Both the position numbers and the translations under genes were made by a program. Of a stretch of 17,610 nt of DNA, positions 1 through 9,800 are shown one piece after another (within the stretch, counting starts at the first letter, position 1; the number at the start of each line of letters is the position of its first letter). The stretch lies in contig BTVV01000128.1 in NCBI GenBank assembly GCA_045863855.1, forward strand, positions 1-17,610, written 5' to 3'. The notes below the pieces were generated by a model. The model saw only the letters and a list, made by a program, of their open reading frames with translations. It was not told the DNA's origin and did no database searches. The DNA is from Planctomycetota bacterium. Lineage in GTDB: Bacteria; Planctomycetota; SZUA-567; H5-PLA8.

Positions 1-2
1 TC

Positions 3-314
3 CACCGCGCCTCGACCCAGTACCGCCGCGACGTAGCCGCCCTGAAGCGCCAGGTTACGCGCCTGACCAAGCAGATCGCTTTCCTGGAAGGCCAGGACCG
101 CAGCCGCGTCGCCAAGCCCGCCGTAACCGCCGACACCAATGCCAAGTCCCGTTTCAGCCCTCACTGGCTCAAGAAGCATCGCGCCAAGCTGGATCTATCG
201 GCTGAGAAGTACGCCCAACTCGCCGGCGCCTCAGCGCAGTCGGTGTACTTCTGGGAGTCGGGGAGAACAAAGCCAAGGGCGGCGCAGGTGGCGAAGGTGG
301 TGAAGGGTTTGTAG
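3..314 (+). CDS. XRE-family helix-turn-helix protein with N-terminal coiled coil (5' partial; not in the ORF track)
   Basis: Frame from nt 3 reads HRASTQYRRDVAALKRQVTRLTKQIAFLEGQ...SRFSPHWLKKHRAKLDLSAEKYAQLAGASAQSVYFWESGRTKPRAAQVAKVVKGL, stop TAG 312-314. The LS...YA.L.G.S.QSVY.WE.G.TKP pattern is a Cro/C1-type HTH. Third codon positions are GC-rich. Confidence 0.88.
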   Translation, partial: HRASTQYRRDVAALKRQVTRLTKQIAFLEGQDRSRVAKPAVTADTNAKSRFSPHWLKKHRAKLDLSAEKYAQLAGASAQSVYFWESGRTKPRAAQVAKVVKGL

Positions 315-645
315 AGGTAAGGGCAGGGCGACCGGCCGGCCGAAATGTGGGCAGGTGTGAAGCCGCCGCGCGGTCGGCCGATCCTGGCCCACGAAGTACA
401 GCCCCCGGTCTCCGTGCAGCGCACCCATTACGGCGGCGATCCCAACTTGATCGAGCTCGACATGCGCGTCATGCGAACCGTACAACTGATCGCGAAGCGA
501 GCGGGATGGATGTCGTTCTTTGAAATTCAATGGTCTTGCCGAAACTGCCGGCGAGAAGCATGCGCGAGCCCGTTTCAGAAATTACACATTTCGCGCGACT
601 CCGGTTCCTTAGGAGGGTTAACAATGGCCTGGGCCGGTACACAGA

Positions 646-3600
646 TTACGGTTTGCCGTGAATCACGATTTCACCCAAGCGCAGGTTTCCGACAATTCCT
701 TTAGGAAAACCCAGCCGGATGCGTGTGGTAGTCTCCGGCTTAGCCAGGCGATGCGTGTGTACGGCGGCGTTGGATAACATGCGCGGACCCGTCTTCCAGA
801 CCTTGCGCTCGTCGTCGTACCAGTCAAAGCGAAAGTCGCGAACCCAGCTATCCGGATAGTCAGCGGCTTCGTGCAGCGTGACGCCCGAAACCGTTTCCGC
901 CTTAGGTCCTATCTGGAGCGTCAAGAAAACCCAGCCCTCGCTGGACTCGGTGTGCGTGTTCAAAGCGCCCCAATCGAAGAAGACCCCGGGCGATTCGGGC
1001 TTTCCGTCGCAGAGCAGACCCAGATCCTTGCTCGGCTTGAGACCTTCGAACGTAAGCTTCGAAGTTCCGGGAATGAGGAGGTTTGGGGCCAGTGCGGCTT
1101 GCGTCTCCACGCTATTCGTCCAGCCTTCCACGCGGGCCGTAGGAGTGGCATCGGGCTCGATGAGCTTGCCGCGCATACCAGGGGCTTCAGGATGCAACCG
1201 GGATTCCCACTTGACCTTGTACTGCGCATCGAAGCGCTGGATGCGGCCCATCCATCCGGCCAAGAAAAGATCGCCGCCGGCCAGGAAGGCAGGCACGCCA
1301 ACTTCGCCTTCGTCGCGTGCGAGCAGCGTTTCGCCTTCCACACTCAGCACATACAGCGTGCCAAGATCGCTGCTTACGGCAATGCGCTTGCCGTCGGTAC
1401 TGAAGGTTGGATGGCGCAAGTGCTGATCTCCCTGAAGGGACCAGCACAAGCCGCTTTCGACGGCGTGCATTTCCATCAAGTTTCTGTGCGTAATGAGCAC
1501 GTGGGTACCATCTGGCGAGAAGCGCAGCTCGGAACTGTCCGTGGGCAGCGTCGCAACAAGCTTCCCCGCGCGAAGAACGTAAACACGGCCTCCGGAGGTG
1601 CTGGTGGCCACCGCAACGTTACTCCCGTCCAAGCTGTAGGCGATCTCTCGTGCTTTCCCGTTTACTGCCAGGATCACTTTCCCGAGTGGTTTTCCGGTCA
1701 CCGCATCAAGGGTTTCAAGCGTGGCCTCACGGGCCATCAGCAGGGTCTTCGGATTCGGGGCGGCCAATCGCACATTATCCGGAGCATCGGTACTCCAGTC
1801 CTGTTTCCATAAGAGTTTCCCGTCGCGCGCGTACACCGCGAGCCCCAGGTTGCCGGCCACGGCAATCCAGCTTCCATCGGGCGCCACGGCATGGATGTGA
1901 TTCTCTTCTAGAAACGCGGCAGGCAGGAAGCGGAAGACTCCGCGCCCTGGTAAACCGTAACCCGCGAAGCGGCGTTCAGGCTTGGCGACCGAATCCAGCA
2001 AGTACACGTGGTAGCCATGGGGATCGTTCAAGTCGTAGCCTTGCACGGCGAAACCCGAACCTGCGGCAACGGGCGAAAAGGAAAAGTAATGTCCGACGCG
2101 CGCACGGCCGGTAACGCTTCCGGATTCCAGATCGAGCGTGTAAATGTTGTGATCCCAGTTGAAGGTATTGACCAGCGCGGTTTTCCCGTCGCTCGAAAGT
2201 GCCACGGCGCGCGGGTGCGCACCGAAGGCAGATTCATACGGCTCGTGCGGCGCTGGAGTTGTGGGCTTCCCTTGCGCGTCAGCGGGAGCCTTTGTGGATT
2301 TGAAATTGGCTGTCATCGGTAGTTCTGCGGATTGGACTTCGAGGGGCAAAACCGTTCGGTGTCCAGATAGAGTCTCGATGGCTTCAAGCGACCAGGTCCC
2401 GGGCGCGGCGTCGAGCGGAAGAATAAACTCGCCGCGAACCCCCTCGGGCGCGTTGCTTGCGAAGTAGCTTGTGGCCCTGATATTGCCGTTCGGCGTGCGA
2501 AGTTGGATCTCGACCGGCACCGGCGCTGGGATGGGTTTGCCGCCTTCGTCCAATACGCCGACGCTCCATGCCAGCGCTTGTCCTCCTTGCGCTCGCGCGG
2601 GACCTTGGAGGCTTACGCTTGCAATGGGGACCGGCAGCCAGACGAAAATGCGAGCGGGCGTGTAGCGCAAATCGGCCTCAAGCGCGCCGTCATGCATGGT
2701 AGCCGCGCGCTGGGCGAAGAGTTCGTAGGTCACACCTCCTTCGGTCGCCCATTTCACGGGTAACTTAAGCGGTATGCGATGGCACATGTATAAGCTGATG
2801 CGGTACATCATGCTGGGGCTCAAATCGACCGTCGAGTTATTGCAGACGAAGAGCATGCGGCCTTGATCGCGGCGGTGTTCGGAAACCCAAACTTCGTCGT
2901 CGCCAACCTCGGCGAGCGGTGGAAGCTTGGCGTCGAGTACTTGCTTCAGGACGGGTAAGAGCGCGCGGACTTCGTTGGGCATGCGCCGGAAGGCCCAATC
3001 GTCGCCTGCAACGGCGTTGTTTTTAACGAAATCGTCGAATCCAACTCCGAGGGGCGTGAAACCCTGAACGAGTTCCTTGCGGCAGGTCTCGTCGTGAAAG
3101 ACATGGACGCCTGCCGATTGTGCGGCGTCCAGCGCGGCTCGGGCGCCGGGGGAGAACTCGATGTTTTGGCCCACCACGAATACGGCCTTGAATCGTTTGA
3201 GTGTTTCGGGGCCTAGATCTTCCGTATACACGAACGTAGCGGGACGATGCAGATGCAGGCAGGCGCAATAAGCTTCCATCAAGCGCGCGAAATGAACTCC
3301 GGTGATCTTGTGCCAGCGGTCTAGTTTGAGCATGCGGTGATCGGCGTAAATGGCGATCGGGTCGGCGGGACGGTACTCACGCAGCCAAGCCCCGTAGCGG
3401 CGGGTGAACTCGGTTACGCGTCTCCAGCCGGTGAGCACTCCGGCCATGCCTTCGCGGGGATCCACGGCTCGCCAGCCCCAGCCGGGCGGAACGTCGTACG
3501 AGCCCACTCCTGCCGCGCCGCGCATGAGCGCCTGGAACTGAGCAGGCACGAAATGGTCGCCGGTTCCAATGGCATTGCCGCGCATGGTGTGCGAGATCGC

Positions 3601-5976
3601 GGGTTTTCCAGGACGTCCGTAGAAATCAACTTCAAAGCACTGCGAGTACGGAACGCCCACCTGTTCGAATTGGCCGAATAGATTGACCTCCTCGACGTTC
3701 GAGAACGTGACCGGCGCATAGCATTCGACATTCCGGAAGGGTGGCGTATTGGCGCTGACTCCTTGGGGCAATCCTTCGCGCATGGCTTTGCCGAGAACCT
3801 CCTGCGCGTCTACGGCAAGTCTCAGGCGCCGGTCGCCCAAAGTATCCAGAATAGGCGCCCATGCGCCGGTATTGCGTGCCGCTTCGTCGGCTTGCTTATA
3901 GCTTTCCTTCTCTTCGGGCGTCTTGCCTGCACCGGCGCCGCGGCCCGATACCCACCAGTTCGAGGCCCAGCAGAAGCCGCGAAAGGCCGGGTACTCTTTG
4001 AGTTGGTCCACCATCTGCTTTACGTGTTCAACGCAAACATCCGACTTGCGCAGGTCCCACTGGCTGCCCAATGGCAAGCCACAGTCCATGCCCGTCAGAA
4101 TTGCCATCATCGAGAACCCATACGCAGAATAGGCGGCTAATGCCTGCTTCAACGGAGAGGCGAATTCGGCTTTCGTCGGCGCTGCGGCGAGGGGGTCTTT
4201 CTCAAGGCGCTCTCTTAGCTTTTCAAGGCTCTCTCCGTAGCGCTTGGGATCCAGAGCCAAATACCCTTCCGGACTGGGATAGCCGATGCGGTCGTAGAAG
4301 CGATTGAAGCCGGTGCGTTGGGCATAGTGCGCGACCCAGGCGGCACTTTCGGGCATCGTCCAAATGCTGCCGGGCGTTTGAAACGAGTTTCCGAAATCCC
4401 CGAAAATGGGATTGCAGACGGCCAGCGCCCGCATTCCGGGCCCGATAACCAGTGATTGCGAAACGGGAGTTAGGCCTTCGGCCTGCGGTGAAATCTCGTA
4501 GGAACCCTCGGCCAGCGCGCTCGACAGTGAACTTTCGATCGAGAGTGATTTCGATTCGCCGCTTTTTAACTCGACCGCCCAGGCAGTCCAGGTCTTACCG
4601 CCACCATGCAGCGCCAACTTGATTGCCTTTACTCCGGCGAAAGTCCCGCGCGCGTGCACCGAAAAGGTTATGGCTTCGCCGCGGCCGAAATAGACCCGAT
4701 TGCTGGGCGTATTGACCGTCACGCTGCCCGCAGCATTCCGCGGACGAATTTCGACGGCGCCGTGCAAAGCAAACTCGGATGCGGACTGCTCGGCAAGTCC
4801 GGCGGCGAGGGTGCTCACACGCAGATGCATGAAGCCCTGAAGTTCATTCGGAATTTCGAGCTTGCCGGACTTCCATGCCAATTCGCGAAACTCCGGCCCT
4901 CCGAACGGTCGAACCTGCACCCGCCAGCGCGGAGCAAGCGGCCGCAACGGACTTTGCACCGCAATCTCGAAGGGAACCGCCTCACCGGCCGTCCAGACTG
5001 AGGACGGATAGGTGGCGCTTACACGCGCGAAGTCCATGAACACGCGATGGAGCAGCTTGCCGGTTTTGAGATCGTAAACCTGGAAAAGCTCGGACGGATG
5101 GCGGCGCTTGACGTAGAGTTTGCCGCCTCCGACGCGAATCCCATTCACGGCATACTTCTCTTCACCGGGCGGAAAAACATCCTCTTTCTGGAGCACCAGA
5201 TCGGCGTGTACTTCTTCCTGAGCGCCGAACAGTTCGTCGGCCACCGAGTTGCGCTTGACCGCATGGGCTTGGCTGCCCATCACGTACAGTAACCCGGTTT
5301 CGTCGACGTCGAATCCTCCGCTGTCATTGGCTGCGGAAAGCTGTCCGGCACCGATCGAAGTTGGCACTTTGCTCTTCTTTTTACCGTCGAAACCGACGAC
5401 CTCCACTTCACCGTTGCCCAGCAGATAAAAACACTGCTGCTTCTCGCTGACGCGAAAGCGGATCCCCTGGTGCTTGTTGATCGCATGGGGCACGCTGAAA
5501 GACTTGAGTACCGCGCCGTCCGGCGCTATGCGAACGATGCTCGTTCCGGCGCCGAAGTAAAAGTCACCGCTTTCCCTGCCCGCTTCCACCAGCGAAAAAC
5601 TCTTTTTCACGCGTACGTGCTCGTCGAACGGGCGGGTGTGGAAGGCCAGGAACTGGTCGTTCCACTTCTGATGCACGCTCACCGCACGGCCTTGCGCGTT
5701 GACACCGACTGCGTTCAGCGCGTAACGCACGGGCGCGCTGCCGCGCTCGCGCCCGTCGGGGCTCAGTCGCAGAATATGGTTCGGCAGGTGTTCGGCCCAG
5801 GACCACACGTAGAGATAGCCGTCGCGGCCCAGGACCAAATGCGAATGAACCGGGGTGAATTGATCGGGTTCGTAAGAGACGAGGCGCGTGAGTGTTTCTC
5901 CGTGCGCCGTGAATGCGGTCAAGATAAGCAGTGCCAAGGTGACTCGATGAGCGCAGCGCACGGTTTGGCCCTCCAT
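646..5976 (-). CDS. 1776-aa secreted multidomain protein: NHL-like beta-propeller, Ig-like domains, putative glycoside-hydrolase-like barrel plus GH42-type trimerisation-like domain, MG2-like domain, PQQ/WD40-like propeller, C-terminal discoidin (F5/8)-like domain
   Basis: Long ORF. Signal peptide ...VTLALLILTAFTAHG|E. NHL-like GGFDVDETGLLYV. YPAFRGF and PGKP barrel-like motifs. PIAIY...FVYTEDL....LKRFKAVFV...A.AALDAA...G..VF matches the GH42 trimerisation pattern. VEIQLRTPNG...GEFILPLDAAPGTWSL is MG2-like. Repeated SSDGK/APDGS/SPDGT/STDGK propeller blades. LCDG...P.TT.RIRL...LRLGEI is discoidin-like. Confidence 0.85.
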   Translation of the reverse strand: MEGQTVRCAHRVTLALLILTAFTAHGETLTRLVSYEPDQFTPVHSHLVLGRDGYLYVWSWAEHLPNHILRLSPDGRERGSAPVRYALNAVGVNAQGRAVSVHQKWNDQFLAFHTRPFDEHVRVKKSFSLVEAGRESGDFYFGAGTSIVRIAPDGAVLKSFSVPHAINKHQGIRFRVSEKQQCFYLLGNGEVEVVGFDGKKKSKVPTSIGAGQLSAANDSGGFDVDETGLLYVMGSQAHAVKRNSVADELFGAQEEVHADLVLQKEDVFPPGEEKYAVNGIRVGGGKLYVKRRHPSELFQVYDLKTGKLLHRVFMDFARVSATYPSSVWTAGEAVPFEIAVQSPLRPLAPRWRVQVRPFGGPEFRELAWKSGKLEIPNELQGFMHLRVSTLAAGLAEQSASEFALHGAVEIRPRNAAGSVTVNTPSNRVYFGRGEAITFSVHARGTFAGVKAIKLALHGGGKTWTAWAVELKSGESKSLSIESSLSSALAEGSYEISPQAEGLTPVSQSLVIGPGMRALAVCNPIFGDFGNSFQTPGSIWTMPESAAWVAHYAQRTGFNRFYDRIGYPSPEGYLALDPKRYGESLEKLRERLEKDPLAAAPTKAEFASPLKQALAAYSAYGFSMMAILTGMDCGLPLGSQWDLRKSDVCVEHVKQMVDQLKEYPAFRGFCWASNWWVSGRGAGAGKTPEEKESYKQADEAARNTGAWAPILDTLGDRRLRLAVDAQEVLGKAMREGLPQGVSANTPPFRNVECYAPVTFSNVEEVNLFGQFEQVGVPYSQCFEVDFYGRPGKPAISHTMRGNAIGTGDHFVPAQFQALMRGAAGVGSYDVPPGWGWRAVDPREGMAGVLTGWRRVTEFTRRYGAWLREYRPADPIAIYADHRMLKLDRWHKITGVHFARLMEAYCACLHLHRPATFVYTEDLGPETLKRFKAVFVVGQNIEFSPGARAALDAAQSAGVHVFHDETCRKELVQGFTPLGVGFDDFVKNNAVAGDDWAFRRMPNEVRALLPVLKQVLDAKLPPLAEVGDDEVWVSEHRRDQGRMLFVCNNSTVDLSPSMMYRISLYMCHRIPLKLPVKWATEGGVTYELFAQRAATMHDGALEADLRYTPARIFVWLPVPIASVSLQGPARAQGGQALAWSVGVLDEGGKPIPAPVPVEIQLRTPNGNIRATSYFASNAPEGVRGEFILPLDAAPGTWSLEAIETLSGHRTVLPLEVQSAELPMTANFKSTKAPADAQGKPTTPAPHEPYESAFGAHPRAVALSSDGKTALVNTFNWDHNIYTLDLESGSVTGRARVGHYFSFSPVAAGSGFAVQGYDLNDPHGYHVYLLDSVAKPERRFAGYGLPGRGVFRFLPAAFLEENHIHAVAPDGSWIAVAGNLGLAVYARDGKLLWKQDWSTDAPDNVRLAAPNPKTLLMAREATLETLDAVTGKPLGKVILAVNGKAREIAYSLDGSNVAVATSTSGGRVYVLRAGKLVATLPTDSSELRFSPDGTHVLITHRNLMEMHAVESGLCWSLQGDQHLRHPTFSTDGKRIAVSSDLGTLYVLSVEGETLLARDEGEVGVPAFLAGGDLFLAGWMGRIQRFDAQYKVKWESRLHPEAPGMRGKLIEPDATPTARVEGWTNSVETQAALAPNLLIPGTSKLTFEGLKPSKDLGLLCDGKPESPGVFFDWGALNTHTESSEGWVFLTLQIGPKAETVSGVTLHEAADYPDSWVRDFRFDWYDDERKVWKTGPRMLSNAAVHTHRLAKPETTTRIRLGFPKGIVGNLRLGEIVIHGKP

Positions 5977-5999
5977 GGCTCAGTCGCGACGTCAAAAGG

Positions 6000-6812
6000 T
6001 TAAGGCTTGGACGCTTCTTGTCGCGTCAGTGGAACCGCTTGCGCGCCGTGCTCATTCATGCGAGCTTCGAATCGTTTAAAGGCTGATGCAAATTCCGGGT
6101 CGTCCGCATCCGAAAAACCTAACCTGCGGAGCAGTTCCGCGGCCGCCACGCAGTTTCCGGCGAAGTTCAGATGAAGGCCGTCGTAGGTCAGCACACCCTT
6201 ATCCTTCTGATCGGGATTGCGCTGCTTCAGTGCGGCCACCGTGCGGGCGCGCAGATCCACCGTCTCCGCACCCGCGGCTTGCGCGGCTTCACGGCTAAGG
6301 GCGCAGTACTGTTCCAAACGCGTGTCCGAAGGGCTCGTACCGTCGGTTTTCTCCCACAGCAGCGCCGGAGTGCCCAACAGCACGCGGGCTCCGCTCTCGC
6401 GCAGCCGTTTGACGATTGCCTCGAGGTCCGCGCGGTATCGTTCGGGCGGGGTTGGCGTTCCTTCCTTCTGCCACCACGCGACATCGTTAATGCCTATGCA
6501 GACCGCCACCGTATCGGGCCGATGCGCGAGCACGTCGGCATCCAGCCGCTTAAGGACACCGGCCACTCGGTCGGAACTCTTTCCGGCGTTGATCACGCGC
6601 GGAGCCTTGGACCCGTAACGCTCCAAGAGCCACAGCTCGATCAGAGCCGCATAGCCGGTTGGGTTTTCGGTGATCGAATCGCCGGCAAGAACTAGCGTCT
6701 TAAACGGCGGCGCTTCCGGCGCGGCGGCTTGAATAGGCCCCAGCGGCAGCAATCCGGCTGAAACGATGAGCGCAATCTGCAGCTTCTTCGGCATACCCAT
6801 GGGTTGGCTCAT
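6000..6812 (-). CDS. Secreted SGNH/GDSL-family hydrolase (probable esterase or carbohydrate O-acetylesterase)
   Basis: All four SGNH blocks present: LAGDSIT (Ser), NAGKSSD (Gly), IGINDV (Asn), DGLHLN (DxxH). Signal-peptide-like N-terminus KKLQIALIVSAGLLPLGPIQA. ATGA overlap with the upstream gene stop at 6809-6812. Confidence 0.93.
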   Translation of the reverse strand: MSQPMGMPKKLQIALIVSAGLLPLGPIQAAAPEAPPFKTLVLAGDSITENPTGYAALIELWLLERYGSKAPRVINAGKSSDRVAGVLKRLDADVLAHRPDTVAVCIGINDVAWWQKEGTPTPPERYRADLEAIVKRLRESGARVLLGTPALLWEKTDGTSPSDTRLEQYCALSREAAQAAGAETVDLRARTVAALKQRNPDQKDKGVLTYDGLHLNFAGNCVAAAELLRRLGFSDADDPEFASAFKRFEARMNEHGAQAVPLTRQEASKP

Positions 6813-9800
6813 TCTCCGAAGACAAAAGGATACGACCGGGTCGGGTCGGAGTACATCAACCCGTTAGGCCAGGAAACTTTAAAGTCCTGCTCCCGTCCCC
6901 AGGTCTCGATGCCGTCGTAACTGAGGCCCACGCGGATGATCTCACCCGCCTTGCCGGTAAGCGGAAGCTTGACCGTCCCTTCGCGGCCCGGATGCCCGAC
7001 CATGCCGCCGACCAGTTTGACCTCCGCAAACGGAATCTTGGCCATCAATGCATAGCCGGGGCGGCCATTGAGTTCCCGCCCGATCGCGTTGCCCAGGAGT
7101 TTCCCGAGGCCGTGGCGCGAGACATCGCCGAGTTGCTCACCCCAGACGTGATCGGCGGGAAGCGCGTAATTCGTCGTGTAGCGCTCTTTACCGTCAAGTC
7201 CATGAAAGCGGTACTTGAAGAGATGCGGCTTTCCATCGGCGGTGAAGCCAATGCCGAACTGTTCCTGCTCCAGCCACAGTTCGATGCTGTCGAAGGCCCA
7301 CATCATCCCGGGTGTTTTGGCGTCGGCGTGTGGCGTATCGTCGGTGACAATCAGACAAACGTAGAGATGAGCACCGTCGTGCGCGAAAGCAGCCGCGTAC
7401 GTTCCGGCGCGGTAGGTGTCGAACAAGAAGGGCGGCCGGAGGCGGCCCCAGGTAACGGTGGGAAGTACGTAAACCTGCGGCACGACGCCGGCCTGCGCCC
7501 ACGCCTCCCACCGGCCATCCAGCGCCAACGGTTGAACCTTGGGAATGATCGGGCTGCTGGCTGGCGACGGACCCGCGATCTGAACATGCGCCGCCGCGCC
7601 GCCTGCGGGGCCGCCGGCCCACGTGAAAGCCAGCGTTCGCTTGCGAATCGTCTCAGCGCCGTCTACGCGCGCACGCACGAAGCGCCCGATCATGTCGTCT
7701 TCGATGTACGCTCCGGGTTTTCCGTCGGCACGCAGATACGATTGCGCTCCGACGATCATATCCACGAAGCCCATTTGATAATTATTCAACCAGCCCCAGG
7801 CGCCGGTGCCTAGCAGCAGGCCATCGCTATCGAAGACATCCAGCTGCCCGCCAAAACTCTTGCATGCCATGATCCAGTGGCGCTTGCCGTCGTGAATCGA
7901 GGTGATCGACTGATAGTTGTTGCCGCTGCTAAGCGCGAACCAGCGTACCCGGCCTTCGGCGTCGAGCTTGCCAACTCCGGTGCCGTCGGCACCCCACATC
8001 GGGACCATCTTGTTGAAGCGTTCGGTGACCGCGAGGAAATAGAAATCTCCCGTAGTCGGATCGCTGGTGAGCCCGCGCTTGATCGTAAAACCGGGCCGGT
8101 CGAGGCATTCCTTACCGCCAAGCGTTACCGCCTTCGCGTAATCCCAGCGCGGATTCCCCTTCTCGTCAAGGCCCGCGAACGGCGCGACGCGAACCATACA
8201 TCCGCCAACCGGCGAGGCCGCGGCCTGGTCCTTGGTGATGCAGCCGGGCCGGATACCCTTGGCGTGCATCTCCGGAAACTCCTGCGGCGTATAGCGCCCC
8301 GCGAAGCGGGGACATTCGGGATTCGTCACGTCCCAAAGCACGATCCAATGGCCTTCGCTGTTCGACGCGATGAAAGGCTTGCCCTCCAATACGAAGCCCT
8401 GCGTCAGCAGCAGGCTCCCGAAATTAAACGGGTGGCGATGCGTAAGCGTCCACGCGCCGGTATTCTCGTCCACTTTCATGATCCCCATACGGCTGTAGAC
8501 GTATTCGGGGCGCGTCGGGTGGGCAGTCGCGCTGTCCATGAACGTGCTGGCCTGCTCGAAGACGAGCCGCTTCGTATCGGGCCACAGACAACGGATGCGC
8601 AGGTGGTCGGCCACCAGCAGGCGCCCGTCAGGGTACAGAGCGATGTCGCGCGGATTCGTAAATAGATCCGGCGACTCGGACTGCCAGAGGTCCCCATCGC
8701 GTTTTTGGCCGAGAAGCGCCACTGGCTTCCCATCGGTGGCGTTAAGTACCGCTACTCGCGCGTTCTTCCGATCGCTGGCGGCGAGCCGCCCGGCCCCGGC
8801 GGCGATGTACTGCGGCGCTTCCAGGCCGCTATCGAAACGCCGTTTGATCGCACCGCTTTGCGTATCGATGCCGACGAGATCTTTGCCGCTGATGGCCCAT
8901 AGCGTGCCCTGCGCGTCGAAAGCGAGGTCGTCCACGCCGGGCACCGGCCAATCGCCCAGGGTCTTGCCGCTGGCGAGATCGACCCGGCGCACGAGGTCAA
9001 GCCCTCGAAGCGCCACATACGCCACTCCTTCGCGGACTTCGAGACCGCCCACGCGGTATCCTTTACTGGACACGGGTGCAGGTTTGACGATCTTCTCCGT
9101 GGGCTGCTTCTTGCGCTGGGCAAGCTCAAGATCTTTTTCGTACTTCTGCAGCGCCTTCCGGTAGTCGCCGGCCGCTTTCTGATCGGCTTGGATCGTCTGT
9201 GCTTCGGCTGCGCCGATCAGTTCGTACGCCTCAGATCCGTCGGCCATGCGCTGCCGTTCGCCAGGCAGCATCAGTTTGACCAGCCGCGAGCGAGGCAGCG
9301 GATCGAGCAAGCCGTAGAGATGCGTGCCGTCGAAGGCCAGCGCCTCGAATTTCTTCTCGGCCAAGTTAATGCCTGCGATGGGCGCGCCGGATGCCGCGTG
9401 CAAGCGCAAGGGAATTCCGGCTTCGTCGAAGGTGGTCGAAATCACGAAGCGGCCATCGGGTAAGAGCACTACGGATTCCGCGTTATCGCAGTTGAACGAA
9501 CCCAGTGCGGCGCCGTTATCGCCCACCGAGCCGTCGTCGGCCACACGGATGTCGTGCGTCGAGCAGCGCACTTCGTACGCTCCGGCTTCGGAGGCCCTGC
9601 CCTCGTCGTCCCGACCGTCCCACCACAGTTCGTGCACGCCGGCCGTATTCTGTACCAGCAAACGCACCAGCACGCCGTCGGAGCGATACACGCCGGCGCT
9701 TTGGCGCGGTCCCTGGCCTTCCAGGTTCGCGGCGAGTGGTTTCCAATCAGTCCCGCCCTGCGGATCGGGATACTCGTAGGCGCCGCAGCAGCGCGTACTT

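Noticed and set aside
534..556. Hairpin TCTTGCCG-aaactgc-CGGCGAGA as a terminator between convergent genes
   Set aside because: Imperfect stem and no adjacent U-tract on either strand.
2360..2620. MG2-like motif as a bacterial alpha-2-macroglobulin
   Set aside because: A single MG-like domain with no thioester CxEQ motif or A2M domain series seen.
9560..9700. FlgD-like motif as a flagellar hook-capping gene
   Set aside because: Only the promiscuous Ig-like module is present and there are no flagellar genes nearby.
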